DNA of 64,000 bases from Malacoraja senta. Lineage: Eukaryota. Positions 11,762-23,028 of the stretch are shown one piece after another (the first letter of the stretch is position 1; each line of letters opens with the position of its first letter). Position numbers and translations under genes: made by a program. The notes under the pieces were generated by a model. That model worked only from the letters and a program-made list of their open reading frames with translations, had not been told where the DNA came from and ran no database searches. The DNA lies in assembly GCA_038087875.1 (NCBI GenBank), contig CM075999.1, forward strand, positions 3,474,001 through 3,538,000, in the 5' to 3' direction.

Positions 11762-13405
11762 TCAATACTTTGTAGAACCACCTTTCGCTGCAATTACAGC
11801 TGCAAGTCTTTTGGGGTATGTCTCTACCAGCTTTGCACATCTAGAGACTGACATTTTTGCCCATTCTTCTTTGCAAAATAGCTCAAGATCAGTCAGATTG
11901 GATGGCGAGCGTCTGTGAACAGCAATTTTCAAGTCTTGCCAGAGATTCTCAATTGGATTTAGGTCTAGACTTTGACTGGGCCATTCTAACACATCAATAT
12001 GCTTTGATCTAAACCATTGAGTATAAGAGCAGGGAGGTTCTACTGCAGTTGTACAGGGTCTAGGTGAGACCACACCTGGAGTATTGCGTACAGATTTGGT
12101 CTCCTAATCTGAGGAAAGACATTCTTGCCATAGAGGGAGTACAGAGAAGGTTCACCAGACTGATTCCTGGGATGGCAGAACTTTCATATGAGGAAAGATT
12201 GGATAGACTCGGCTTGTACACGTTGGAATTCAGAAGACTGAGGGGGGATCTTATAGAAACTTACAAAATTCTTAAGGGGATGGACAGGCTAGATGCAGGA
12301 AGATTGTTCCCGATGTTGGGGAAGTCCAGAACAAGGGGTCACAGTTTAAGGATAAGGGGGAAATCTTTTAGGACCGAGATGAGGAAAACATTTTTCACAC
12401 AGAGAGTGGTGAATCTCTGGAATTCTCTGCCACAGAAGGTAGTTGAGGCCAGTTCATTGGCTATATTTAAGAGGGAGTTAGATGTGGCCCTTGTGGCTAA
12501 ATGGATCAGGGGGTATGGATAGAAGGCAGGGATGGGATACTGAGTTGGATGATCAGCCATGATCATATTAAATGGCGGTGCAGGCTCGAAGGGCCGAATG
12601 GCCTACTCCAGCACCTATTTTCTATGTTTCTATGCTTCTATTCCATTGTAGCTCTGGCTGTATGTTTAGGGTCGTTGTCCTGCTGGAAGGTGAACCTCCA
12701 CCCCAGTCTCAAGTCTTTTGCAGGCTCTAACAGGTTTTCTTCCAAGATTGCCCGGTATTTGGCTCCATCCATCATCCCATCAACTCTGACCAGCTTCCCT
12801 GTCCCTGCTGAAGAAAAGCATCCCCACAGCATGATGCTGCCACCACCATGTTTCACAGTGGGGATGGTGTGTTCAGGGTGATGTGCAGTGTTAGTTTTCC
12901 GCCACACATAGCGTTTTGCATTTAGGCCAAAAACTTCAATTTTGGTCTCATCTGACCAGAGCACCTTCCTCCACATGTTTGCTGTGTCCCCCAAATGGCT
13001 TGTGGCAAATTGCAAACGGGACTTCTTATGGCTTTTTTCCAACAATGGCTTTCTTCTTGCCACTCTTCCATAAAGGGCCAATTTGTGGAGTGCACGACTA
13101 ATAGTTGTCCTGTGGACAGATTCTCCCACCTGAGCTGTGGATCTCTGCAGCTCCTCCAGAGTTACCATGGGCCTCTTGGCTGCTTCTCTGATCAATGCTC
13201 TCCTTGCCCGGCCTGTCAGTTTAGGTGGACGGCCATGTCTTGGTAGGTTTGCAGTTGTGCCATATTCTTTCCATTTTCAGATGATGGATTGAACAGTGCT
13301 CCGTGAGATGTTCAAAGCTTGGGATATTTTTTTATAACCTAACCCTGCTTTAAACTTCTCCACAACTTTATCCCTGACCTATCTGGTGTGTTCCTTGGGC
13401 TTCCT
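11762..13405 (-). pseudogene. Tc1 DD34E transposase pseudogene
   Basis: GRPPKL, ARRKPLL, WSDETK, KHGGGSIMLWGCF, FQQDNDPKHT, 34 residues to DLNPIE, GGSTKY stop; start codon reads AGG (13405-13403), TAG and TGA in the N-terminal DNA-binding region, CR1 insertion. Confidence 0.93.
12019..12640 (+). mobile_element. 5'-truncated CR1 inserted in the Tc1 transposase
   Basis: RPHLEYC..LWNSLP with (TTTCTATG)n tail; transposase ..ATME/WFRSKH.. rejoins across it with a short ATT overlap. Confidence 0.93.
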
Positions 13406-14298
13406 GATGCTGTTTGTTCACTAATGTTCTCTAACAAACCTCTGAGGCCTTCACAGAACAGCTGTATTTATACTGAGATTAGATTACACACAAGTGGACT
13501 CTATTTACTAATTAGATGACTTCTCAAGGCAATTGGTTGCACTGGATTTTATTTAGGGGTATCAGAGTAAAGGGGGCTGAATACCTTTGCACGCCACACT
13601 TTTCAGTTTTTTATTTGTAATAAAATTTGAAAACCATGTATCATTTTCCTTCCACTTCACAATTATGCGCCACTTTGTGTTGGTCTATCACATAAAATCC
13701 CAATAAAATACATTTACGTTTGTGGTTGTAACGTGATAAAATGTGGAAAAGTTCAAGGGGTATGAAAACATTTCCAAGCCACTGTATATCTAATAGTTGA
13801 AGATTATGTAGAACATTGATGTGTAGGCAGGAACTGCAGGTGCTGGTTTACACCCAAGATAGACACAAAATTCTGGAGTAACTCAGCGGGACAGGCAGCG
13901 ACTCTGGAGAGAAGGAATGGGTGATGTTTTGGGTCAAGACCCTTCTTCAGACTGAGAGTAAGGGGAGTGGGGAAACTGGAGGTATGACTCTCAGTCGGAA
14001 GAAGTGTCTTGACCAGAATAGTCCACTATCCATGTTCGCCAGAGATGCTGCCTCACCCTCTAAGTTACTCCTGCATTTTAGACAATAGACAATAGGTGCA
14101 GGAGTAGGCCATTTGGCCCTTCGAGCCATTCACCGCAATTCACCATGGCTGATCATCCCCAATCAGAACCTCGTTCCTGCCTTCTCCCCATATCCACCGA
14201 CTCCGCTATCTTTAAGAGCCCTATCTACTAGCTCTCTCTTGAAAGCATTGAAAGAATCGATCTCCACTGCCTTCTGAGGCAGACATGTCAATCTTTGG

Positions 14299-16344
14299 TA
14301 CACAAAAATGCTGGAGAAACTCAGCGGGTGCAGCAGCATCTATGGAGCGAAGGAAATAGGTAACGTTTCGGGCCGAAACCCTTCTTGAGACTGATAGGGG
14401 GTGGGGAGAAGAAAGGAAAAAAGGAAAAGGCGGAGGAGGAGCCCGAGGGCTGGGGGAGGGGAGGAGACAACCAGATGGCTGATGAAGGGGAGGGGACAGC
14501 CAGGGCTAGCAGAATTGGGAGAATTCAACGTTCAGGCCACCAGGATGTAGACTGCCCAAGCGGAATATGAGGTGCATTTCCTCCAATTTACGGTGTTGCT
14601 CGCTGTGGCCATGGAGGAGACCCAGGACAGAGAGGTCAGATACGGAATGGGAGGGGGAGTTGAAGTGCTGAGCCACCGGGAGTTCAGGTTGGTTATTGCG
14701 GACCGACCGGAGGTGTTCGGCGAAACGATCGCCAAGCCTCCGCTTGGTCTCACCGATGTAGATCAGCTGGCATCTAGAGCAGCGAATGCAATAGATGAGG
14801 TTGGAGGAGATGCAGGTGAACCTCTGTCGCACCTGGAACGACTGCTTGGGTCCTTGAATGGAGTGGAGGGGGGAAGTGAAGGGACAAGTGTTGCATCTCT
14901 TGCGGTTGCAAGGGAAAGTACCAGGGGAGGGGGTGGTATGGGAGGGAAGGGAAGAATTGACAAGGGAGTTACGGAGGGAGCGGTCTTTGCGGAAGGCAGA
15001 CATAGGGGGAGATGGGAAGATGTGGCGAGTGGTGGGGTCACGTTGGAGGTGGCGAAACTGACGGAGGATCACTTGTTGTATGTGACGGCTGGTGGGGTGA
15101 AAGGTGAGGACTAGGGGGACTCTGCCTTTGTTGTGAGTGGGGGGATGGGGAGAGAGAGTAGTGTTGCGGGGTATGGCAGAGACCCTGGTGCGAGCCTCAT
15201 CTATGGTGGAGGAGGGGAACCCCCGTTCCCTGAAGAATGAGGACATTTCAGATGCCCTGGTGTGGAACGCCTCATCCTGGGAGCAGATGCGGCGTAGACG
15301 GAGGAATTGGGAGTGGGGGATGGAGTCCTTACAGGAAGCAGGGTGGGAAGAAGTGTAGTCCAGATAGCCATGGGAGTCGGTAGGTTTGTAGTGGATGTCG
15401 GTAAGGAGTCTATCACCTGCGATGGAGATAGTGAGGTCAAGGAATGGTAGGGAAGTGTCGGAAATGGTCCAGGTGTATTTGAGTGCCGGATGGAAGTTGG
15501 TGGTGAAGCGGATGAAGTCAGTCAGTTGTGTGTGGGTGCAGGATGTGGCACCAAAACAATCATCGATGTAGCGGAGGTAGAGGTCGGGGATGGGGCCCTG
15601 GTACGTATTGAACAAGGATTGTTCTACGTACCCGACAAAGAGGCAGGCGTAGCTGGGGCCCATGCGTGTGCCCATAGCTACGCCTTGTATTTGGAGGAAA
15701 TGGGAGGAGTCAAATGAAAAGTTATTAAGTGTAAGTACCAGCTCCGCTAGGCGGAGGAGGGTGTCAGTGGCAGGGTATAGATTGCTTCTACGGTCGAGGA
15801 AAAAACGGAGGGCTTTGAGACCATCCTGGTGGGGGATGGAGGTGTACAGTGACTGGACGTCCATGGTGAAGATGAGGGGGTGAGGGCCTAGAGAGTGGAA
15901 TGCGCGGAGATGACGGAGAGTGTCTGAGGTGTCTTGAACATAGGTGGGGAGGGATTTAACCAAGGGGGATAGTATGGAGTCGAGGTAGGTGGAGATGAGT
16001 TCGGTGGGGCAAGAACAGGCAGAGACAATGGGTCTACCGGGACAGTCAGGTTTGTGGATTTTGGGGAGAAGGTAAAAGCGGGCTGTGCGGGGCTGGGGAA
16101 CGATGAGGTTGGAGGCTCGTTCGGGCAGGGCGTGGGAGTGGATGAAGTTGGTGATGGTGCTGGAGATGGTGGCCTGGTGCTCGTCAGTGGGGTCATGGTC
16201 CAGGGGTAAGTAGGAAGAGGTGTCCGAGAGTTGGCGCGTGGCCTCAGCTTTGTAGAGGTCGACGCGCCAGACTACCACGGCACCTCCCTTGTCGGCGGGT
16301 TTGATAACCCAATCTAGGTTGTTGCGGAGTGAGTCGATGGCAGT
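14299..16344 (-). mobile_element. Penelope-like retroelement (Neptune-type), 5'-truncated, with 3' pLTR
   Basis: Open RT + GIY-YIG frame followed by the short repeat found throughout the window; the ribozyme core here reads CTCAAGA (degenerate). Confidence 0.93.
14506..16344 (-). CDS. PLE reverse transcriptase + GIY-YIG endonuclease (N-terminally truncated, about 612 open codons)
   Basis: IKPADKGG, FYLLPKIHK..GRPIVS, MDVQSLYT, QGVAMG, YIDD, LPFLD, CNRKRCNTC linker, NLIYCIRCSRC..IYIGETKRRLGDRFAEH. Confidence 0.92.
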   Translation of the reverse strand, partial: TAIDSLRNNLDWVIKPADKGGAVVVWRVDLYKAEATRQLSDTSSYLPLDHDPTDEHQATISSTITNFIHSHALPERASNLIVPQPRTARFYLLPKIHKPDCPGRPIVSACSCPTELISTYLDSILSPLVKSLPTYVQDTSDTLRHLRAFHSLGPHPLIFTMDVQSLYTSIPHQDGLKALRFFLDRRSNLYPATDTLLRLAELVLTLNNFSFDSSHFLQIQGVAMGTRMGPSYACLFVGYVEQSLFNTYQGPIPDLYLRYIDDCFGATSCTHTQLTDFIRFTTNFHPALKYTWTISDTSLPFLDLTISIAGDRLLTDIHYKPTDSHGYLDYTSSHPASCKDSIPHSQFLRLRRICSQDEAFHTRASEMSSFFRERGFPSSTIDEARTRVSAIPRNTTLSPHPPTHNKGRVPLVLTFHPTSRHIQQVILRQFRHLQRDPTTRHIFPSPPMSAFRKDRSLRNSLVNSSLPSHTTPSPGTFPCNRKRCNTCPFTSPLHSIQGPKQSFQVRQRFTCISSNLIYCIRCSRCQLIYIGETKRRLGDRFAEHLRSVRNNQPELPVAQHFNSPSHSVSDLSVLGLLHGHSEQHRKLEEMHLIFRLGSLHPGGLNVEFSQFC

Positions 16345-16841
16345 CTAGGTTGTTGTCTTTCCGCTGACCGGTTAGCACGCAACAAAAACTTTTCAGTGTA
16401 CCTCGGTACACGTGACAATAAACTAAACTGAACTGAACTGAGCCCAGGTCTGGGAGGAAGCAAATTGGATTTCTTTGCTTGAATACTAAGCTGCCAGGTA
16501 GTTGGCGGACAGTGAGGAAGCTGGAAGAGCAACAGAAGGAATTAGCGAGTGGCTGTCTGAGAGTGGAAGCAGGGCCTCTCATTATACGGAGACGGTGAGT
16601 ATTGACTGGCAAATCCGTGCGGAACAGACAGGGCAATCTGCCAACCAGGTCACTTCAGGTAACCGCTCGCAGCAGCGCCGAGAAACAGCGGAGACCAAGG
16701 TTTGCTGTCAATATAAAATCCTCTGAAATCACCGGGCGCTATTGATCGGCATGCAGTCAATACGACAACAGCTTTCTCTTGTCCACCGCTGGCCGAATGG
16801 TCTGATCCCAGGCTCAATGTTTTGTTTGAGTTTTTTTACTT

Positions 16842-17135
16842 TTAAGAGATACAGCGCGGAAACAGGCCCTTCGGTCCACCGAGTCCACGCCAGCCAGCGA
16901 TCTCCAAACACTTTAACACTATCCTACACACACACACTAGGGACAATTTGCAACGACAACAAGCCAATTAACCTACACACCAGCACGTCTTTGCAGTGTG
17001 GGAGGAAACGGAAGATCTCGGAGAAAACTCACGGGGAGAACGTACAAACTCCGTACAGACAGCACCCGTAGTCGGGATCGAACCCGGGTCTCTGGCGCTG
17101 TGAGGCAGCAACTCCACTGCTGCGCCGCCGTGCCC
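16842..17135 (-). mobile_element. HE1-like V-SINE, full length
   Basis: Reverse complement of head (B box GGTTCGATCC), V-domain and tail. Confidence 0.88.
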
Positions 17136-17361
17136 TGCTAACTAGGGAACCAACAAGCCCCAATCACCACTGGCTTCTCTTCTCTTCTCCCCCCAATCAA
17201 AGCAGAAGAAAAGTCAGCGACTACTTACTTGGACAACTCCATGGTTCTTCAACTTGAAACTTTAGATTTCAAATGTAATATTATTCTTTCTTTTGTGGTA
17301 AGTTGAATTGGTTTCAATTAATTGCATTCTACAATGGAGGAGAAAGTAATCTTAAAGGCAG

Positions 17362-18367
17362 ATGATCCTCACCACTCCAGCGCCCACCAGCAGGCTGCAG
17401 CCATCGCCTTACCTGAGTCCTAGGCTCAGCACTGGGCCTGAAGTCTCCACGCTGCAGACTCCAACTCCACGGGGTCTAACTGTGCTGGGTCCTAGTGCTT
17501 CCCCCCCCCCCCCCCCCCCAACACAGGGAACCTCAGTGGCTGTTCCACTGGGTCTTCCCTTCCCCCTCCCCCTCCCCCTCAAACCATGTGACCCCAGCTG
17601 TTCCCCACCCGCACTATAGTCCTCATACCCCCCCTCCTCCCTGACCACTCACGACCCCTCCACCAGACATTGCCTTGGCCCCAGTCCACTCACCGGCCTT
17701 CCTCCGGCCCCAACCCCCATCCTTGCCGTGGGTTCACCATCCCCCCTGACCTCCACCTCTCAGATACCGAATGGTCTGTCCTCAGCAGAGGCCTCACCTT
17801 TGTTCCCCTCCGTCCCCACCTCAATGAGTTCCGCGCCCACCACGATGTGGAGCTCTTCTTCCGTCGCCTCCGCCTCAAAGCGTTCTTCCATGGCCATCTT
17901 CCAGCTTTTTATCTGGATGGAAGTTAGTGGTGAAATGGATGAAGTCAGTGAGTTGTGTGTGGGTGCAGGAGGTAGCACCAATGCAGTCGTTGATGTAGCG
18001 GAGGTAGAGGTCGGGGATAGGACCACGGTACGTCTCGAACAAAGATAATTCGATGTACCCTACAAAGAAGCAGGCATAGCTTGGGCCCATGCGTGGGCAG
18101 TTTGCACCCCAGCGGTATGAACATTGTCTTCTCTAATTTCAGGTAGTCCCTACTTTCTCCTCCCCTTCTCAGCTCTCCTTCAGCCCACTGTCTCCGCCTC
18201 TTCCTTTCTTCTTCCTGCCCCCCCCCACCCTCATATCAGTCTGAAGAAGGGTCTCGACCCGAAACGTTGCCTATTTCCTTCGCTCCATAGATGCTGCCTC
18301 ACTCGCTGAGTTTCTCCAGCATTTTGGTCTACCTTCGATTTTCCAGCATCTGCAGTTCCTTCTTAAA
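17362..18367 (+). mobile_element. Rearranged PLE: plus-strand N-terminal region, inverted RT piece, plus-strand 3' end and pLTR
   Basis: LSDTEWSVLSRGLTF..FFRRLRLKAFF (+); 17917-18094 aligns with 15490-15666 (-); GSLHPSGMN..FSNFR stop (+), then pLTR. Confidence 0.8.
18241..18268 (+). ncRNA. Minimal hammerhead ribozyme motif (PLE type)
   Basis: CTGAAGA A GGGT-CTCG-ACCC GAAAC GTT, in the pLTR downstream of the GIY-YIG end. Confidence 0.68.
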
Positions 18368-18889
18368 CTTAAAGGCACATGAGGTCACCAAAACTATTTA
18401 TTTCCAGAATTTATTTCCACCATAAGAAAGCTTGATGGTGTTAAACCTCTGTTGCATATTTTTATTTGGGTAGAGCCACAGATGATGCATGAGGACTTTA
18501 CTGTGAGTACTTTGTAAACTGCAACTCTTGATAATAATGGGGAGAAGGCAGGAGAATGGGGTTAGGAGGGAGAGATAGATCAGCCATGATTGAATGGCAG
18601 AGTAGACTTGATGGGCCGAATGGCTGAATTCTGCTCCTATCACTTATGAACTTGGATGGTTGCCAAGAGAAGAGGACTTGCTGGTGTAAAGTAGCTCGTG
18701 AGTCTCTGAAACCCAGGCAGATGACTCCACGACAGCAGTGGGTTTGTGCAGGGGGGAGATTTAACCCATGCTGGGTGAAGGGTTGGCACCCAGGGCAGTG
18801 TGATAGATGGAGAGACCATCATGGATGAAGGCGGCACCATCCTCATTCAACTAAAGCGGGTTCCTCTCGAGGTGGTGTTCGTTGAGTTT

Positions 18890-19247
18890 TCTTTAGTTTA
18901 ATTTAGTTTAGATTAGTTTAATTTAGATTACTTTTTAGTTTAGTTTAGAGATACAGCATAGAAACAGGCCCTTCAGCCCACCGAGTCCACGCCAACCGTT
19001 CACACTAGTTCTATGCTATCCCATTTTCTCATCCACGTTCTACACACACAAGGGGCAATTTACTAGGAGCCAATTAACCTACAAACCTGCATGCCTTTGG
19101 TGTGTGGAAGGAAACCGGAGCACCTGGAGGAAACCCATGTGGTCACAGGGAGAATGTGCAAACTCCACACAGATAGCGCCCGAGGTCAGGATCCGGGTCT
19201 CTGGCTCTGTGAGGCAGTGGTTTTACCAGCTGTACCACCGTGCCGTC
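18890..19247 (-). mobile_element. HE1-like V-SINE with (TTTAG)n tail expansion
   Basis: Reverse-complement SINE; tail repeats at 18891-18947. Confidence 0.85.
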
Positions 19248-20444
19248 ACGATGTGGATGCCAAAACATCAGATCGGCAATTCCAAAGACGTGCGTGTCTG
19301 TAGGTTAATTGGATTCTGTAAACTGTCCCTAGTGTGTAGGATAGAGCTAGTGTATGGGGTGGTCGCTGGTCGGCGCGGACTCGGTGGGCCGAAGGGCCTG
19401 ATTCCACGCTATATCTCTGAACTATACTAATCCAAACTTTTAAAATGTCGTACTTAAAGGGCACAGGATGGTGCCTGTAACCTGGTGACAGTGTATTTCT
19501 ACTATCTTACACTTAGTGTCACTGTGCCTAATATACAGTAGGTTTGTCACTGAACGGTTTGCAAAAAAATAATTTCACTGCACTGAGGTACACATGACAA
19601 TTGACTGATGGAATTCATTGCCACAGACGGCTGTGGAGGCCAAGTCAATGGGTATTTTTGAGGCGGAGATTGATAGATTGTTGATTAGTACGGGTGTCAG
19701 GGGTTATGGGGAGAAGGCGAGAGAATGGGGTTGAGAGGGAGAGATAGATCAGCCACGATTAAATGGTGGAGTGGACATGATGGGCTGAATGGCCTAATTC
19801 TGCTCCGAGAACTTATGAACCATTGACATCAGTCCCATTTGCCCACGTTTGGCCCATGTCCCTCTAAGCATTTATCCATCTAATTCTTCCTGATAAACCA
19901 ACACTCTTGCTCCCATAGTCTGCACATTTCTTCAGATTAGAGTCCATTTGGTGGTCCATTGTCATTCTGCCTCACTAAAGCTGAGACTGGACTGATTTAC
20001 TTAAGGGGCACAGATTGCCTGATGAAGGCGTGTGAATGATGTGCTGAGATAGACTTTGCATAGACTCATCCATCAGACAATTCAGCTCATTTCAACACAG
20101 CCCTTGTTTAATGAGATGTGATAATTATTAACAGTTACAGCTGGAATAAAATCAAGTTCAGCCATTAATGAATATCATTGCAAAGGGTTTTGAAGGAAGC
20201 ACATTGAGGAAAATTACCACTTCATCGCATATGGGAAGCACGGCGCTGAATCCTGGCAGGCTTTTAAACGATTGCAAATCAGACTAATTGCAAAAAGATT
20301 TATGTAACGTGAAGGTATCAGGTCAGGAGATAAAGACAGAGTCTGATCCGTGTGGTCCTGAACTGCTGTCCAAGCAGCAACCACACTGACAGGATATATA
20401 GAGACACCTAGAATGGCAGACGCTGGCATCTTGAGAGCAAAACC

Positions 20445-20950
20445 TGGATAGAGTGGATGTGGAGAGGATGTTTCCACTAGTGGGAGAGTCTAGGACCAGA
20501 GGGCACAGCCTCAAAATTAAAGGAAGGCACTGGGCCTGTACTCGCTAGAGTTTAGAAGGATGAGGGGGAGTCCTCATTGAAACTTACCGAATAGTGAAAG
20601 GCCTGGATAGAGTGAATGTGGAGAGGATGTTTCCACTAGTGGGAGAGTCTAGGACCAGAAGCCACAGCCACAGAATTAAAGGATGTTCCTTTAGGAAGGA
20701 GATGAGGAGGAATTTCTTTAGTCAGGAGGTGGTGAATCTGTGAAATTCATTGCCACAGACGGCTGTGGAGGCCAAGTCAATGGATATTTTTAAGGCAGAG
20801 ATAGATTCTTGAGTAGTACGGGTGTCAGGTTATAGGGAGCAGACAGGAGAACGGGGTTAGGAGGGAGAGATAGTTCAGCCACGATTGAATGGTGGAGTAG
20901 ACTTGATGGGCCGAAAGGCCTAATTCTGGTCCTGTCACTTAAGACCTTAT
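20445..20950 (+). mobile_element. CR1 3' fragments, partly duplicated
   Basis: CCTGGATAGAGTG.ATGTGGAGAGGATGTTTCCACTAGTGGGAGAGTCTAGGACC occurs twice; 3' UTR present. Confidence 0.85.
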
Positions 20951-21491
20951 GAAAACACAAAGTGCTGGAGGAACTCAACGGGTCAGGCAGCATCTGTGGA
21001 GGGAATGGACAGGCGATGTTTTGTGTCGGGATAGTTTAGTGTAACTTAGGGTGAAAGGTTGGCTGTCCATTTCATAGTCAAAGAGAGTCACAGAGTCATA
21101 CAGAACACACACAAGCCTTATTCCCCAACCTGCTCAATGCCAACCAAGATGCCCCATCTGAGCATGTCCCATTTCCCTCGCAGATGCTGCCTGATCTGCT
21201 GAGTTCCTCCAGCACTGTGTGTTTGACAAGATGTATATATTTGGTGGGGGTGGGTGAGGGAGCGCCGCGCAGTGGGAGGGGGAGTTCTGAGGGAGCACTC
21301 CCTATGTACCACCACTCCCACAGCATGGAAACAGGCCCTTCGGCCCAACTGGCCCATGCTGATCAAGACGCCCCATCTCCCCCTGCATCGGTCTATGAAT
21401 TTCAAAGGCTCCAAATCACCTTCTGATGTTCAAAAATCTGGAAAAATGCTACGGAAATGAAAGCTTTTCTTTTTTTCCTCATCAATAACAG

Positions 21492-21763
21492 ACGCATCAA
21501 GACATATATTACGGGGAAAGACAGGGGTGTTGAACGGAATTATGGACCAAACGCGTGAAATTGAGCTTGGAAAATTCAGTGAAGCTGAACAAAAGATGAA
21601 CAGTTTCCTTTTCACAGTTTCTTTCAAATTCCAGTATAAAAGATTGACAATGTATCTGTACTTGACGGTCGCTCTCAACAATGGCAGAGAGAGGCTGCCA
21701 CATATAGCCCTGGAAGCAAGCAGCAATGTAACATTCATGGTGGGGCCCGGCGTATTCAGATAG
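21492..21763 (+). CDS. Candidate exon of unknown product (possible terminal coding exon)
   Basis: Non-repetitive DNA; strong acceptor CTTTTCTTTTTTTCCTCATCAATAACAG; one frame open for 89 codons (ASRHILRGKTGVLNG..FMVGPGVFR stop); no recognisable homology. Confidence 0.3.
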
Positions 21764-22171
21764 ATTATGCATCTCCGATCACTCGCTGTGAGAACTCAAC
21801 GCTTCTTGCCAGCAGCCAAGGCGAAGCAGTCGCTCCCGAGATGGCGAATCAAAGACAATGCAAGGTTGTAACACGATTGCAACGGCTCCTTCAGTTGTTC
21901 CAGATAGACCGTGCAATGCAATTTCAAGACATAATTACCATGCATTTAAGCACTTCACCCTCAGAAAATGGGCAATTTCTTGGTCATCAATTTCACACTA
22001 TTTTAAGTAGCGCGATCCTCTGCTTACATGGCAGAATTGAAAGCAGTTATGGAACACATTTTAAGAAAAAACTGGTCATTCTGCTGATTTGCCGTCGGGT
22101 TTATTAACTGTTTCGGGAAAGCGCTCACAAACTGCCAGCTGCCGACTTTAAATCGAACATTTTTAATGCAG

Positions 22172-22296
22172 TCTGACGAAGGGTCTCGACCCGAAACGTC
22201 ACCTATTCCTTCGCTCCATAGATGCTGCCTGACCCGCTGAGTTTCTCCAGCATTTTTGTCTACCTTCGATTTTTCCAGCATCTACAGTTCTTTCTT
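22172..22296 (+). mobile_element. 125-bp PLE-pLTR insertion beginning at the hammerhead motif
   Basis: 17-bp direct repeat GAACATTTTTAATGCAG at 22155-22171 and 22297-22313; CTGACGA A GGGT-CTCG-ACCC GAAAC GTC at 22173-22200. Confidence 0.88.
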
Positions 22297-22697
22297 GAAC
22301 ATTTTTAATGCAGGAAGCACGCTGAGGGTTTTGGAGTTTGACCTGCCTTCTACTTTTCTAAACCCATCTGCTCTCTCAGAGGAGGTGAGACCAGATACGC
22401 CATGTACCCGACACCTCTCCCTTCACATATGCTGCCTGACCTGCTGAGTCCCACCTGGCCGCCAGCATCATCAGAGGCCCACTGCCACCCTGCCCACGCT
22501 CTCATCTCGGGAAGAAGGTACAGGAACCGTGACCTCCAGGTTGAAGAACAGCTTCTTCCCAACAACCATGAGGCTCTTGAACACTGCCCAAGGTATAAAA
22601 TTATAAAAGGACTGGACAAGCTAGATGCAGGAAAAATGTTCCCAATGTTTGGGGAGTCCAGAACCAGGGGCTACAGTCTAAGAATAAAGGGGAGGCC

Positions 22698-23028
22698 ATC
22701 CTGGCCACACACTCATCTCCCGCTACCTTCAGGTAGAAGGTACAGGAGCCTGAAGACTGCGACATCCAGGTTCAGGAATAGCTACTTCCCCACAGCCATC
22801 AGGTTATTAAACCCAACTCAAACAAAACTCTGAACATTAATAGCCCATTATCTGTTTATTTGCACTTTATCAGTTTATTTATTCATGTGTGTATATATTT
22901 ATATAATGGTATATGGACACACTGATCTGTTTTGTATTCATGCCTACTATGTTCTGTTGTGCTGAAGCAAAGCAAGAATTTCATTGTCCTATCTGGGACA
23001 CATGACAATAAACTCTCTTGAACTTGAA
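22698..23028 (+). mobile_element. Rex1/Babar-type LINE 3' end, between CR1 3' pieces
   Basis: LPSGRRYRSLKTATSRFRNSYFPTAIRLLN, then a 3' UTR ending TGACAATAAACTCTCTTGAACTTGAA. Confidence 0.75.

Larger units (their letters stand above)
11544..13784 (-). mobile_element. Tc1/mariner IR/DR DNA transposon, Passport-like, complete but inactivated
   Basis: About 213-bp TIRs (11544-11756 and 13571-13784) starting CAGTGGCTTGGAAA, TA at 11542-11543 and 13785-13786; about 1.62 kb after removing the CR1 insert. Confidence 0.96.

Noticed and set aside
14532..16196. Overlapping and antisense ORFs within the PLE
   Set aside because: Shadows of a GC-rich coding frame
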